Assembly: GCA_038211015.1 (NCBI GenBank)
Contig: JBBQVZ010000003.1
Span: forward strand, 1-53,467
Direction of reading: 5' to 3'
Length of the DNA: 53,467 nucleotides
Source: Actinomycetota bacterium
Lineage (GTDB): Bacteria; Actinomycetota; UBA4738; HRBIN12
Position 1 is the first letter of the stretch. Each line of letters opens with the position of its first letter. This document shows positions 29,093-37,825 of the stretch, piece after piece. A model generated the notes under the pieces. The model saw only the letters and a program-made list of their open reading frames with translations, made no database searches and had not been told where the DNA came from. The position numbers were made by a program, and so were the translations under genes.

Positions 29093-29383
29093 ATGGCTGA
29101 GGCGACGATCCTGGTCTGCGACACGTGCGGCAAGCCCGCGGCGGAAACCGTGACCATCAAGGCCGCACGAGGCAACTTCGTGAAGGATCTCTGCTCGTCA
29201 CATGTGAACGAATTGCTGGCCGGTGCGCGCAGGCCGCGACGGGGACGCCCGAAGGGCGTCGTCGTCGGCTCTGCACGGAAGACGGCCGCACGGAAGAAGG
29301 CGGTCGCTCGGAAGAAGGCGACCGCACGCAAGACGACAACGCCGAAACGCCGGGGACGCCCCCGGAAGACGCCGACGGCCTAA
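29093..29383 (+). CDS. Small basic nucleoid-associated protein candidate: Lsr2-like N-domain with CxxC/CxxH, two AT-hooks and ARKK repeats
   Basis: MAEATILVCDTCG...ETV...DLCSSH; RRGRPK and KRRGRPRK; AGGGAG RBS. Confidence 0.75.
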   Translation: MAEATILVCDTCGKPAAETVTIKAARGNFVKDLCSSHVNELLAGARRPRRGRPKGVVVGSARKTAARKKAVARKKATARKTTTPKRRGRPRKTPTA

Positions 29384-29643
29384 CCCCCGGCCTCCGTCTC
29401 GCCGTTCGTCGACTCCGCCTGGGTGTCCGGGGTAGCCGCAAGCGAATACACGCCTTTGCCCGTGCGCACCAACGCGCCGTCGCGGACGCCGGCGCGCAAC
29501 GCCCGCAAGAGCGTCGCTCGCACCTCCGTGACGACGAACGGATCGATCAAGCCTTGCCGGAGCGCGCGGTCCTGGATCACCGTCCAGTGCAGCGGCTCGC
29601 CGGACTCGCGCAGGACCGCCACGGCGGCATCGAGCGGTTCCAT
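29380..29643 (-). CDS. Stand-alone HARE-HTH-like winged-helix protein
   Basis: LDAAVAVLRESGEPLHWTVIQDRALRQGLI...VRTGKGVYSL pattern; TGATG coupling to the LLM gene. Confidence 0.7.
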   Translation of the reverse strand: MEPLDAAVAVLRESGEPLHWTVIQDRALRQGLIDPFVVTEVRATLLRALRAGVRDGALVRTGKGVYSLAATPDTQAESTNGETEAGG

Positions 29644-30647
29644 CAGGAGGCGGCGCGGAGCGGCGCGATCACTCGTTCGGCCAGCACGTCGAGGATGTCG
29701 GGGTCGTCGACGGCGAACGGCAGCACCGACGGCGAGATCACGAGCTCCTCGACGCCGAGCTCCTCGAACCGGCGCACGCGTTCGATGACCTGATCCGGCG
29801 TGCCCGACAACGTGTCGGCGCTCCACGTCTCCCACGTGTCGGCATCCATCGCCCCGCCGGGGAAGCGCGAGCGCCCGCGCTCGAACGCCGCTCGGGCCGT
29901 CTCCTCGTCCGCGCCGACCAGCGTGTAGAGGCCCACGGAGAGCCGGAGCGTGGACGGATCACGCCCGGCCGACTCGAACGCGACGCGCGCGGCGTCCGCC
30001 CGTGCCGCGTAGTTGTCCGGATCCACGCGCCACACGACGTTCCATCCGTCGGCGTACTTCGCGATGAGCCGGAGCAACCTCGGCCCGCCCTTCCCGCCGA
30101 CCCAGACCGGCACTCGCCCGTTCACCGGGGCCGGGCGCAGCAACGCATCGTGCAGCGTGGTCTTCGAGCCCTCGTATGTCACCGGCTCTCCGGACTGCAG
30201 CGCCGACAGCGCCGCGAGTGCGTCCTCGAGCGCCGCGAACCGCTCCCCGATCGTTCCGAACGGGAACCCGAACGCGTCGAACTCCTCCTGGAGCCATCCC
30301 GCGCCGAGCCCCAGGTCCAGGCGGCCGCCGGAGAGCCGGTCGATCGTCACGGCCATCTTCGCCAGGAGGGCCGGGTGGCGGAACGGCGCGCAGATCACCA
30401 GGGTCCCCAGCCGGACCCGCGACGTGATGGCCGCGAGCGCCGCCAACGCCGTCATCGGCTCGATCCCCGGGATGGGGGTTGGATCCCCGCCGTAGCGCGC
30501 GAATGTGTAGAAGAAGTGGTCGGACAGCCACACGGAGTCGAATCCCAGCTCCTCGGCGCGGCGGGCCCACGAAGCGGTCGTCTCGAACCCGACCTCTCCG
30601 CTCGGGAGCGAGAACCCGTACTGCGGCAACGCCAACCCGAAACGCAT
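29643..30647 (-). CDS. Luciferase-like (LLM) flavin/F420-dependent oxidoreductase
   Basis: AEELGFDSVWLSDH, RHPALLAKM and DRLSGGRLDLGLGAGW. Confidence 0.9.
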   Translation of the reverse strand: MRFGLALPQYGFSLPSGEVGFETTASWARRAEELGFDSVWLSDHFFYTFARYGGDPTPIPGIEPMTALAALAAITSRVRLGTLVICAPFRHPALLAKMAVTIDRLSGGRLDLGLGAGWLQEEFDAFGFPFGTIGERFAALEDALAALSALQSGEPVTYEGSKTTLHDALLRPAPVNGRVPVWVGGKGGPRLLRLIAKYADGWNVVWRVDPDNYAARADAARVAFESAGRDPSTLRLSVGLYTLVGADEETARAAFERGRSRFPGGAMDADTWETWSADTLSGTPDQVIERVRRFEELGVEELVISPSVLPFAVDDPDILDVLAERVIAPLRAAS

Positions 30648-30678
30648 GTGAGCGAGGATACGACGGCGTCGACAGCCG

Positions 30679-31482
30679 TCAGGGCGACGGCGTGGTGATG
30701 GACGGGCGCGGTGACACGCTCCCGTGCAGGACGAGGTTGCCGTCCTTGTCACGGACCTCGACCCCAACGTAACGCGAGAGATCCACCTCGAACTGCGTCG
30801 ACAGGATCGCGCCGCCGCCGGTGTCGAGCGCCTTGATCCGCCCCACGCGCAACCGCCGGCCACCTTCGCCGGTGAGGAAGACGCGGAACGGGAGGGCGCC
30901 CTTGGCGGCTGTGGCCTCGAACCCGTTGACCATCACGATCGCGATGTCTGGGATGGTGGGCGACACGAGGGTCAGAGCGGATCCCGCCGCGGTTGCTCCA
31001 CGCGTGTCGCTCTCGAGCGTTCCCAGGAACACCTCGTTGTCCGGATCCTTGAACTCTGCGCTGTTGAGGACCTCCTCCCGGAACAGCGCGATGGCATCCT
31101 GCTGCCCCTGTCGCGCCGCCCTCGTCAGGTCCTCGAACCGTGCGGCGCGCCCGGCCATGACGGCTCCCCAGCCGAGCCCCGACACCGCGAGCATCCCGGC
31201 GACTGCCAGCGTGACGGCCAACCGACCGCGACGCGCGACCGGAAGCGGGCGCTTGGTCGCCACCGCCTGCACGTTCTCCACGACACGATCCTCGAGGTCG
31301 GGCGCGGGCTCGGCGGGGGCGAGCGCGAACGCGAACGTCGCGGCGGCTCGATCCAGCTCCCCCGCCTCCTTCCGGCACGCGGCGCACCATGCGAGGTGCC
31401 GGTCGAGCGCCAGCCCGTCGTCGACGGGCACGGCGCCGAGCGCACGTTCCGTGAGTCGGTCGCGAACGGCGGTGCAGTTCAC
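30679..31482 (-). CDS. Zinc-finger anti-sigma factor (RskA-like, single TM)
   Basis: HLAWCAAC (HxxxCxxC) motif, TM helix, extracytoplasmic domain; overlaps the sigma stop codon. Confidence 0.85.
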   Translation of the reverse strand: MNCTAVRDRLTERALGAVPVDDGLALDRHLAWCAACRKEAGELDRAAATFAFALAPAEPAPDLEDRVVENVQAVATKRPLPVARRGRLAVTLAVAGMLAVSGLGWGAVMAGRAARFEDLTRAARQGQQDAIALFREEVLNSAEFKDPDNEVFLGTLESDTRGATAAGSALTLVSPTIPDIAIVMVNGFEATAAKGALPFRVFLTGEGGRRLRVGRIKALDTGGGAILSTQFEVDLSRYVGVEVRDKDGNLVLHGSVSPRPSITTPSP

Positions 31483-32051
31483 GACGGCTCCTTACCCTCG
31501 TTCGCGCGACGGACCTTGATCAATGCGGCTCGCAGACGGGTCTTCACGGTTCCGAGCGGGATCCCGTCGGCCTCCGCGATCTCCCGCGCCGTGAGGCCGC
31601 GGAAGTACGCGCGCGCGAGCAGCCGGCGCTCGGCGTCCGAAAGCGACTCCAAAGCGCGGATCGCGGCGTCGCGCTCCAAGACCACGGCACTCTCGTCGAT
31701 CCCCGCCCGCTCCGGGACCTCGTCGACGAGCACCAGCGTCGGGCGGGTCACGCCGGTCTCGCGACGCAGCCGGTCCACGGCGAGGTTGTGTGCGATGGTC
31801 ATCAGCCAAGTGGACAGGCGGCCGCGGGTGGCGTCGAACCGCGCCGCCTTGCGCCAGGCCGTCAGGAAGACGTCCTGGGTGAGCTCCTCGGCCGCCTCGC
31901 GCGTGCCGAGCAGCCGCAATCCGAGCGTATAGACCGGTCGTCCGAACCGTGCGTAGATCGCGCGGACGGCGACGTCGTCACCTGCGAGCAGCCCTTCCAC
32001 CAGTTGTTGTTCCTCTCGCGGGAGGAGTGGTCCGTCGTGCCGAGCCTGCAA
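31479..32051 (-). CDS. ECF sigma factor (SigK-like)
   Basis: AEELTQDVF, WLMTIAHNLAVDRLRR and IPLGTVKTRLR. Confidence 0.92.
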   Translation of the reverse strand: MQARHDGPLLPREEQQLVEGLLAGDDVAVRAIYARFGRPVYTLGLRLLGTREAAEELTQDVFLTAWRKAARFDATRGRLSTWLMTIAHNLAVDRLRRETGVTRPTLVLVDEVPERAGIDESAVVLERDAAIRALESLSDAERRLLARAYFRGLTAREIAEADGIPLGTVKTRLRAALIKVRRANEGKEPS

Positions 32052-32172
32052 TCGCTCTTCCCTTCGGTATACGCGGGGCGGGTTCTGCGCGGCTTTCGGG
32101 TGCCGACCGCTCGATTATCGGCCTCCTTGCACGAAGCTGCACGTCTCTCGCTCCGAGGCGTAGGCTGGCCGT

Positions 32173-33528
32173 ATGCACACGCGGTCGTGGATCACCCGGC
32201 TGCTGATCCTCACGGCTTGTCTGTCCTTCGGCCTGGTCGCGACCTGGTCGGCGCAGGCTCAGAGCGCGAGCACCATCGTGAGCCTGCGCCTGGACGGCGT
32301 CGTCGATCCGTTCATCGCCGACTACCTCCGCGGCGCCATCGAGGAAGCGAACGACGACGGAGATCCGGCGATCCTCCTGCAGATCGACACACCAGGCGGG
32401 CTCGGGTCCTCGATGCGAGAGATCACCCAGGCGATCCTCGGCTCCGAAGTGCCGGTGATCTGCTACGTGGCGCCCGAGGGCGCCCGGGCGGCGTCGGCCG
32501 GAGCCTTCGTCCTGATGTCGTGCCCGGTCGCCACGATGGCCCCGGGGACCAACGTCGGCGCGGCCACGCCGGTCGGCGTCTCGGGGCTCACGCTGCAACG
32601 CAAGGTGACGGAAGACGCCGTGGCCTCGATCGTGGCCATGGCCGAGACCTACGGACGCAACGTCGACGTCGCGGAGTCGTTCGTCCGCGACGCCACGAGC
32701 ATCAGCGCGTCTACGGCCTTGAGAGAGAACGTGATCGATCGCATCGAGCCGAGCGTGGACTCGCTCCTCGCGGGGGTGAGCGGCACGACCGTGACGCTCG
32801 GCGACGGCTCGGCGACCACGCTGCCCGATCTCACGGGCCTCGAGCTGCGTGAGCGCTCGATGTCCCCGGGCGTTGGCTTCCTGCATGGGCTGCTCGATCC
32901 GGACCTCGCGTTCATCTTCTTCTGGCTCGGGCTGCTGCTGATCATCATCGAGCTCATCGTTCCCGGCCACATCTTCTCGGGGACGGTCGGCACGATCCTC
33001 CTACTGACCTCGTTCGCCGCGTTCGGGGCTCTTCCCGTGCGGCTGATCGGCGTCGCGTTCCTGGTCGCGTCCGTGATCTTCTTCGTGCTGGAGGTGAAGG
33101 CTCCCGGCCTGGGTATCTGGTCGCTCGCCGGCTTGGGCTCACTGGTGGCGGGAGGGCTCTTCCTCTACGACGGCTCCGGTGGGGTCCGGGTGTCTCCCTG
33201 GGTGCTGCTCGCGGTCGCGGCCGTGGTCGCGACCTTCTTCGGCGTGGTCGTCTCCAAGCTGCTCTCGATCCGCCATCTCCCCCCGGCCCCCCATGGCGCC
33301 GACGCGCTCATCGGGCAGGAGGGCGTGGTGCTCGGGGCGGGCCTCGGCCCCCACGGGGTCGTCCGGGTGGCCTCGGAGGAATGGCGTGCCGTGTCGTCAT
33401 CGGGCCCGTTGCCGCGGGACACGCGGATCCGTGTCATGGGGCTCGACGGGTTGGTGCTCACCGTGGAGCCGTTGATCGACGAGCACGTGCCGGCCTCCGC
33501 GCCGGCGGAAGGAGGAACCACCGGATGA
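32173..33528 (+). CDS. nfeD: NfeD family membrane-bound ClpP-class serine protease
   Basis: IDTPGG, ARAASAG (catalytic Ser), MAPGTNVGAA; TM bundle; C-terminal OB-fold with EEWRA. Confidence 0.9.
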   Translation: MHTRSWITRLLILTACLSFGLVATWSAQAQSASTIVSLRLDGVVDPFIADYLRGAIEEANDDGDPAILLQIDTPGGLGSSMREITQAILGSEVPVICYVAPEGARAASAGAFVLMSCPVATMAPGTNVGAATPVGVSGLTLQRKVTEDAVASIVAMAETYGRNVDVAESFVRDATSISASTALRENVIDRIEPSVDSLLAGVSGTTVTLGDGSATTLPDLTGLELRERSMSPGVGFLHGLLDPDLAFIFFWLGLLLIIIELIVPGHIFSGTVGTILLLTSFAAFGALPVRLIGVAFLVASVIFFVLEVKAPGLGIWSLAGLGSLVAGGLFLYDGSGGVRVSPWVLLAVAAVVATFFGVVVSKLLSIRHLPPAPHGADALIGQEGVVLGAGLGPHGVVRVASEEWRAVSSSGPLPRDTRIRVMGLDGLVLTVEPLIDEHVPASAPAEGGTTG

Positions 33529-34451
33529 ACTACGTGTTGCTGATCTTGCTCGCGGTCGTGGTGATCCTGATCGTCTCGTTCCTCGCGGCCGCCATCAAGG
33601 TCGTCCGCGAATACCAGAGACTGGTCGTGTTCCGCCTCGGACGGGTCCTGGGGAACAAGGGCCCGGGACTCGTGATCCTGATACCGCTCGTCGACCGCGC
33701 CGTATCCGTCGATCTCCGCGAGTTCTATCTGGAGATCCCGCACCAGTCGGCCATCACGGAAGACAACGCCTCGATCTCGATCGACTTCATCGTCTTCAAC
33801 AAGGTGATGGATCCGCAGATGTCGGTCCTCACGGTCGGGAACTTCGCGGGCGCCGCGCAGAACATCGCGGCGACGACGCTCCGCTCGGTGGTCGGCGACA
33901 TGTCGCTCGACGACGTGCTCGCCAAACGCGAGCAGATGAACGAGGTCCTGCGGACGAAGCTGGACGAGGTGACCGAGCGTTGGGGCGTGAAGGTCACCAA
34001 CGTCGAGATCCGCGAGATCATCCCGCCGCCGGCCGTCCAGGAGGCCATGACCCGGCAGATGTCGGCCGAGCGCACGCGACGCGCGGTCGTCACCGAGGCC
34101 GAGGGTGCCAAGCAGGCCGCGGTCACGGTCGCCGAGGGCAATAAGGCCGCCGCTGTGCTGAACGCCGAGGGACAGAAGCAGGCCGCCATCCTGAACGCCG
34201 AGGGCGATCGGCAGGCGGCGATCCTGCGGGCCGAGGGCTTCTCGCTCGCGCTCGACAAGATCAACGAGGTCGCGAACGTCGTGGCGACGAACACGATGAG
34301 CCTGCAGTACCTCGACGCGCTGAAGCAGATCGGTTCGTCACCGTCGTCGAAGATTGTCGTGCCGATGGAGCTCGCCGGCCTCGCCGCCGGCGTCGTCGCG
34401 CTCGCGGAGCAAGCCGGAGGGAACGGGAAGCCTCCCCCCGCGGACGGCTGA
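33525..34451 (+). CDS. SPFH/stomatin-like protein
   Basis: EYQRLVVFRLGR, TTLRSVVG, WGVKVTNVEI and AEGxKQAA repeats; ATGA coupling. Confidence 0.93.
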   Translation: MNYVLLILLAVVVILIVSFLAAAIKVVREYQRLVVFRLGRVLGNKGPGLVILIPLVDRAVSVDLREFYLEIPHQSAITEDNASISIDFIVFNKVMDPQMSVLTVGNFAGAAQNIAATTLRSVVGDMSLDDVLAKREQMNEVLRTKLDEVTERWGVKVTNVEIREIIPPPAVQEAMTRQMSAERTRRAVVTEAEGAKQAAVTVAEGNKAAAVLNAEGQKQAAILNAEGDRQAAILRAEGFSLALDKINEVANVVATNTMSLQYLDALKQIGSSPSSKIVVPMELAGLAAGVVALAEQAGGNGKPPPADG

Positions 34452-34489
34452 ACCCGACGGATACGACCCACCTCATGACGAACGGCGCC

Positions 34490-34515
34490 GGAACCCCGGC
34501 GTCGTTCGTGGTGTA
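34490..34515 (+). promoter_or_regulatory. Putative ECF sigma autoregulatory promoter
   Basis: GGAAC-N16-GTGTA; same motif and spacing at 35921-35946. Confidence 0.65.
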
Positions 34516-34539
34516 CGGGTGACGTAGGTGGGATCGGGC

Positions 34540-35115
34540 ATGCGTTCCGTGGAGGGCCGACCACTGGAGGACGCCGAGCTCGTCGATCTCGCCAGGGACG
34601 GCGACGTCCATGCGTACGAGGAGCTGGTGGCGCGGTACCAGGCCATCGCATACCGCGTCGCGTGGCTCGTCGCCCGCCAGGCGGGTGAGGCGGAAGACGC
34701 TGTACAGGAGGCCTTCGTGAAGGCGTACTACGCGCTGCCTCGGTTCCGACCCGGCGCGCCGTTCCGGCCGTGGCTCCTTCGGATCGTGGCGAACGAGGCG
34801 CGCAACCGCGTCCGTTCGTCGCGTCGTCGTGAGGGGCTCGTCCTGCGGGCGGTCGCGGCCGATCCGGGGGGCGCGGCCCCGTCCCCCGAGGCCGCGGCTC
34901 TGGAACGCGAGGACGCGCAGGCGCTCACCCGTGCGATGGAGCGCCTGCGCGAATCGGATCGGCTCGTGATCGCCTACCGCTACCTGTTCGAGCTGTCCGA
35001 GTCCGAGATGGCCGACGCGCTCGGCGTCCGGCCGGGAACCGTCAAGTCCCGTCTGTCGCGGGCGCTCGGACGGCTCCGGACGGAGCTCGAGACCTCCGGG
35101 GAGATGACGAGATGA
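34540..35115 (+). CDS. ECF sigma factor
   Basis: AEDAVQEAFVKAY, FRPWLLRIVANEARN and GTVKSRLSRA. Confidence 0.92.
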   Translation: MRSVEGRPLEDAELVDLARDGDVHAYEELVARYQAIAYRVAWLVARQAGEAEDAVQEAFVKAYYALPRFRPGAPFRPWLLRIVANEARNRVRSSRRREGLVLRAVAADPGGAAPSPEAAALEREDAQALTRAMERLRESDRLVIAYRYLFELSESEMADALGVRPGTVKSRLSRALGRLRTELETSGEMTR

Positions 35116-35897
35116 CGGAACGGCTGCGACGGCTCGACGACGACGCGCTCGGGCGCGCGCTGACCATGACCGCACGCGACATCGAGTGGCCCGCCGCACC
35201 CGACGTGGTAGGCGAGGTGTACCGCCGGCTCCGCGATCACGAGCGTCATCCGTCGCTCGCCCGGCCGCGGCTGTCGATATCCCGTCGCCGGCGCACGCTG
35301 TTGCTCGTCGTTGCCGCGGTGGTGCTCCTGGCGGCGGCGGCCGTCGCCGCGAAGGTCGTGATCGATCTCGGCGCGCTCACGATCGAGACGATCCCCGGTC
35401 GTCCGACGGCGTTGCCGTCGCCGGTCGCGAGCGGCCCGACGCTCGGGCATCCGGCGACGCTCGAGGAAGCGGAACGTGAGGCCGGGTTCGCCGCGGAGGT
35501 GCCCGAGGCGCTGGACGCGCCCAGCGGGGTCTGGGTCGACACGGCGCAGGAAGGGGCCAGGATCCTGCTGGCGTGGTCGGCGGACGGGGTCCTCCCGGCG
35601 ATCGACGGCCTCCCGTGGGGCGCGGTCCTCTACGAGTTCCGCGGCCAGATGGAGCAGGCGTCGAAGAACGTGTTCATGGACGGGAACACGTTCGAGGACG
35701 CCAAGGTGGGCGGGCACGACGCGATCTGGATCACCGGCGAGCACGAGCTCGACGTGGTGACGGACGAGGGCACCTACGCCCGCTACCGGGTCACGGGCAA
35801 CGTCTTGGTGTGGGCGAACGATGGGATCGTGCTGCGGCTCGAGACCTCCCTCGACCAGGCGGCCGCCGTCCGGGTCGCCGAGAGCATCCTCGCCTGA
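35112..35897 (+). CDS. Probable single-TM anti-sigma factor
   Basis: ATGA overlap with the ECF gene; short cytoplasmic N-terminus, TM helix, extracytoplasmic domain. Confidence 0.65.
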   Translation: MTERLRRLDDDALGRALTMTARDIEWPAAPDVVGEVYRRLRDHERHPSLARPRLSISRRRRTLLLVVAAVVLLAAAAVAAKVVIDLGALTIETIPGRPTALPSPVASGPTLGHPATLEEAEREAGFAAEVPEALDAPSGVWVDTAQEGARILLAWSADGVLPAIDGLPWGAVLYEFRGQMEQASKNVFMDGNTFEDAKVGGHDAIWITGEHELDVVTDEGTYARYRVTGNVLVWANDGIVLRLETSLDQAAAVRVAESILA

Positions 35898-35920
35898 CCG
35901 GTTCGATCGGACCCTGTTCG

Positions 35921-35946
35921 GGAACCATCGCCCGGAACGGGGTGTA
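35921..35946 (+). promoter_or_regulatory. Second copy of the ECF promoter, upstream of the cupredoxin gene
   Basis: GGAAC-N16-GTGTA. Confidence 0.65.
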
Positions 35947-35988
35947 GTCGTGGCGAGAGAACGTCGGTTCCGACGAGAGGAGACGTGG

Positions 35989-36573
35989 ATGAGGTCTCAC
36001 GCGATCAAGATCGGCGTCGTCGCGGCCGTCGCGAGCGCGACCCTGTGGGGAGGCAGCGGCATCGCCTCTGCCGGCGGCGGATGCCACGCGAGCGGTATGA
36101 CCACGGGGCGGGGAACCACGGTCGACCTGTCGGATATGTGTTTCGACTCGACCGTGCTGTACGTGGAGCGGGGAGCGGACGTCACATGGACGAACCGAGA
36201 CGCGATGGCACACGTCGTCGTGGGCGTCGCCGACTCGTGGGGCGATCCGGGTCTGACGCTGTACGAAGGCGACACCGTGAGCTACCGGTTCGACGATGAC
36301 GGCGTCTACCCGTACGCCTGTTGGATCCACCCGGGGATGATCGGCGCGATCGTCGTCGGCGACGGTGTCGGCTCGGACCTGGGCGCCGTCGTGCCCGTGG
36401 CCGAAGCGGGCGACGCCCCATCGACGCAGGGGGTGTCGGCCGGCGCCGTCCAGGACGGGAACGTCGACGCCACCGTCATCTGGGTCGCCGGAGCCGTGCT
36501 GCTGATGGCGGGGCTGGGCGGGGGGTTCGCGATCGCGGCGCGGAGCCGTCGGAAGGGAGTCCTCGCCGGCTAG
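35989..36573 (+). CDS. Secreted, C-terminally anchored cupredoxin (plastocyanin/azurin-like)
   Basis: Signal peptide; WTNRDAMAH and YACWIHPGM type-1 Cu ligands (H, C, H, M); C-terminal TM helix and basic tail. Confidence 0.85.
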   Translation: MRSHAIKIGVVAAVASATLWGGSGIASAGGGCHASGMTTGRGTTVDLSDMCFDSTVLYVERGADVTWTNRDAMAHVVVGVADSWGDPGLTLYEGDTVSYRFDDDGVYPYACWIHPGMIGAIVVGDGVGSDLGAVVPVAEAGDAPSTQGVSAGAVQDGNVDATVIWVAGAVLLMAGLGGGFAIAARSRRKGVLAG

Positions 36574-37703
36574 GCCGAGTGAGAGGGGCTCAGAGCCTCC
36601 ACGGTCACGGTCATGCCCGCCTGCTGCAACGCCAGCATGAAGTCGTGCTGCGACGAGACGTTCTTCATGGCCGACTCGATGGTGACCTTGCCGTCACGCA
36701 CCAGGTTCAGCAGGTACTGGTCGAACGTGATCATCCCGTAGAACGCTCCGTCCGCGATGACGTCCTTGATCTCGGCGGTGAGATCCGGATCGGCGATCCG
36801 CTCCGCGACCCGACCGGTGTTGACCATGATCTCGAGCGCCGGGATGCGTCCGCCGTCGACGGTGGGCACCAGACGCTGGCAGATGATGCCACGCAACGTC
36901 CCGGCGAGCGCCAGGCGCACCTGTTTCTGCTGGTGTGGCGGGAAGAAGTCGATCACGCGGTTGACCGTCTCGGTCGCGTCGACCGTGTGGAGCGTCGACA
37001 TGACCAGGTGACCGGTCTCGGCCGCCTGGATCGCCGCGCGAACGGTCTCCGTGTCGCGCATCTCACCGATCAGGATCACGTCGGGGTCCTGACGGAGAGC
37101 TGCACGAAGCGCCGCCAGGAAGTCGTCGGTGTCGGTGCCCACCTCGCGCTGATTGATCGAAGCCACCTTGTCCGAATACAGGACCTCCACCGGGTCCTCG
37201 ACGGTCACGATGTGCACCGCCTTGGTCTCGTTGATGTGCTCGATCATCGCGGACAGCGTGGTGGTCTTGCCCGAGCCCGTCGGGCCGGTGACGAGGATCA
37301 AGCCCCGGTGCTCCTCGGCGATCTGCCGGATCGAATCGGGGAGCCCCACCTCGGCGAAGGTGGGCCCGCCGAAGCTCAGACGGCGAAGCACCATGCTGGT
37401 GGATCCACGCTGGTGAAACACGTTGGTGCGGAAACGACCGACGTCGGGCACCGAGTAGGCGAAGTCGGTCTCGCCGTGGTTCTCCAGCCGGTCACGGCGG
37501 TTGGCCGGCACGATCGCATCGGCGATCGCGTCCGTCTCATCGCGGGTGAGCGGCGCGCGGTCCAAACGGACCAGGCCGTCCGGCATCCGGTACATCGGGG
37601 CGGATCCCACCTTGACGTGAAGATCCGATCCTTCGCTCTTGAGCAAACCCGCGAGCCAGCCTTTGAACTCCTCCACGATCGGTTCGGTCACGTCGTCCAC
37701 CAA
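36570..37703 (-). CDS. pilT: PilT/PilU family type IV pilus retraction ATPase
   Basis: SDLH, GPTGSGKTTT, TVEDPVE, QREVG, LRQDPDVILIGEMRD and AETGHLVMSTLH. Confidence 0.92.
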   Translation of the reverse strand: MVDDVTEPIVEEFKGWLAGLLKSEGSDLHVKVGSAPMYRMPDGLVRLDRAPLTRDETDAIADAIVPANRRDRLENHGETDFAYSVPDVGRFRTNVFHQRGSTSMVLRRLSFGGPTFAEVGLPDSIRQIAEEHRGLILVTGPTGSGKTTTLSAMIEHINETKAVHIVTVEDPVEVLYSDKVASINQREVGTDTDDFLAALRAALRQDPDVILIGEMRDTETVRAAIQAAETGHLVMSTLHTVDATETVNRVIDFFPPHQQKQVRLALAGTLRGIICQRLVPTVDGGRIPALEIMVNTGRVAERIADPDLTAEIKDVIADGAFYGMITFDQYLLNLVRDGKVTIESAMKNVSSQHDFMLALQQAGMTVTVEALSPSHSA

Positions 37704-37752
37704 GCTCTCTTTCGATATGAGGTGCGAACCGCCGCTCCGGCTCGCCCTCTAC

Positions 37753-37780
37753 TCATCGTCCTGGGAACGCCTTGACTTCA
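37753..37780 (-). promoter_or_regulatory. FliA/WhiG (sigma-28)-like promoter upstream of pilT
   Basis: Minus strand TGAAG-N15-GACGATGA versus consensus TAAA-N15-GCCGATAA. Confidence 0.45.
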
Positions 37781-37825
37781 GTCTCTTTTTTCCGAAGGAG
37801 TCGTTCGAGGGGGTGTGAGGGCGCC

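Noticed and set aside
32173-34451. NfeD-SPFH pair as a novel system
   Set aside because: A well-known conserved gene pair.
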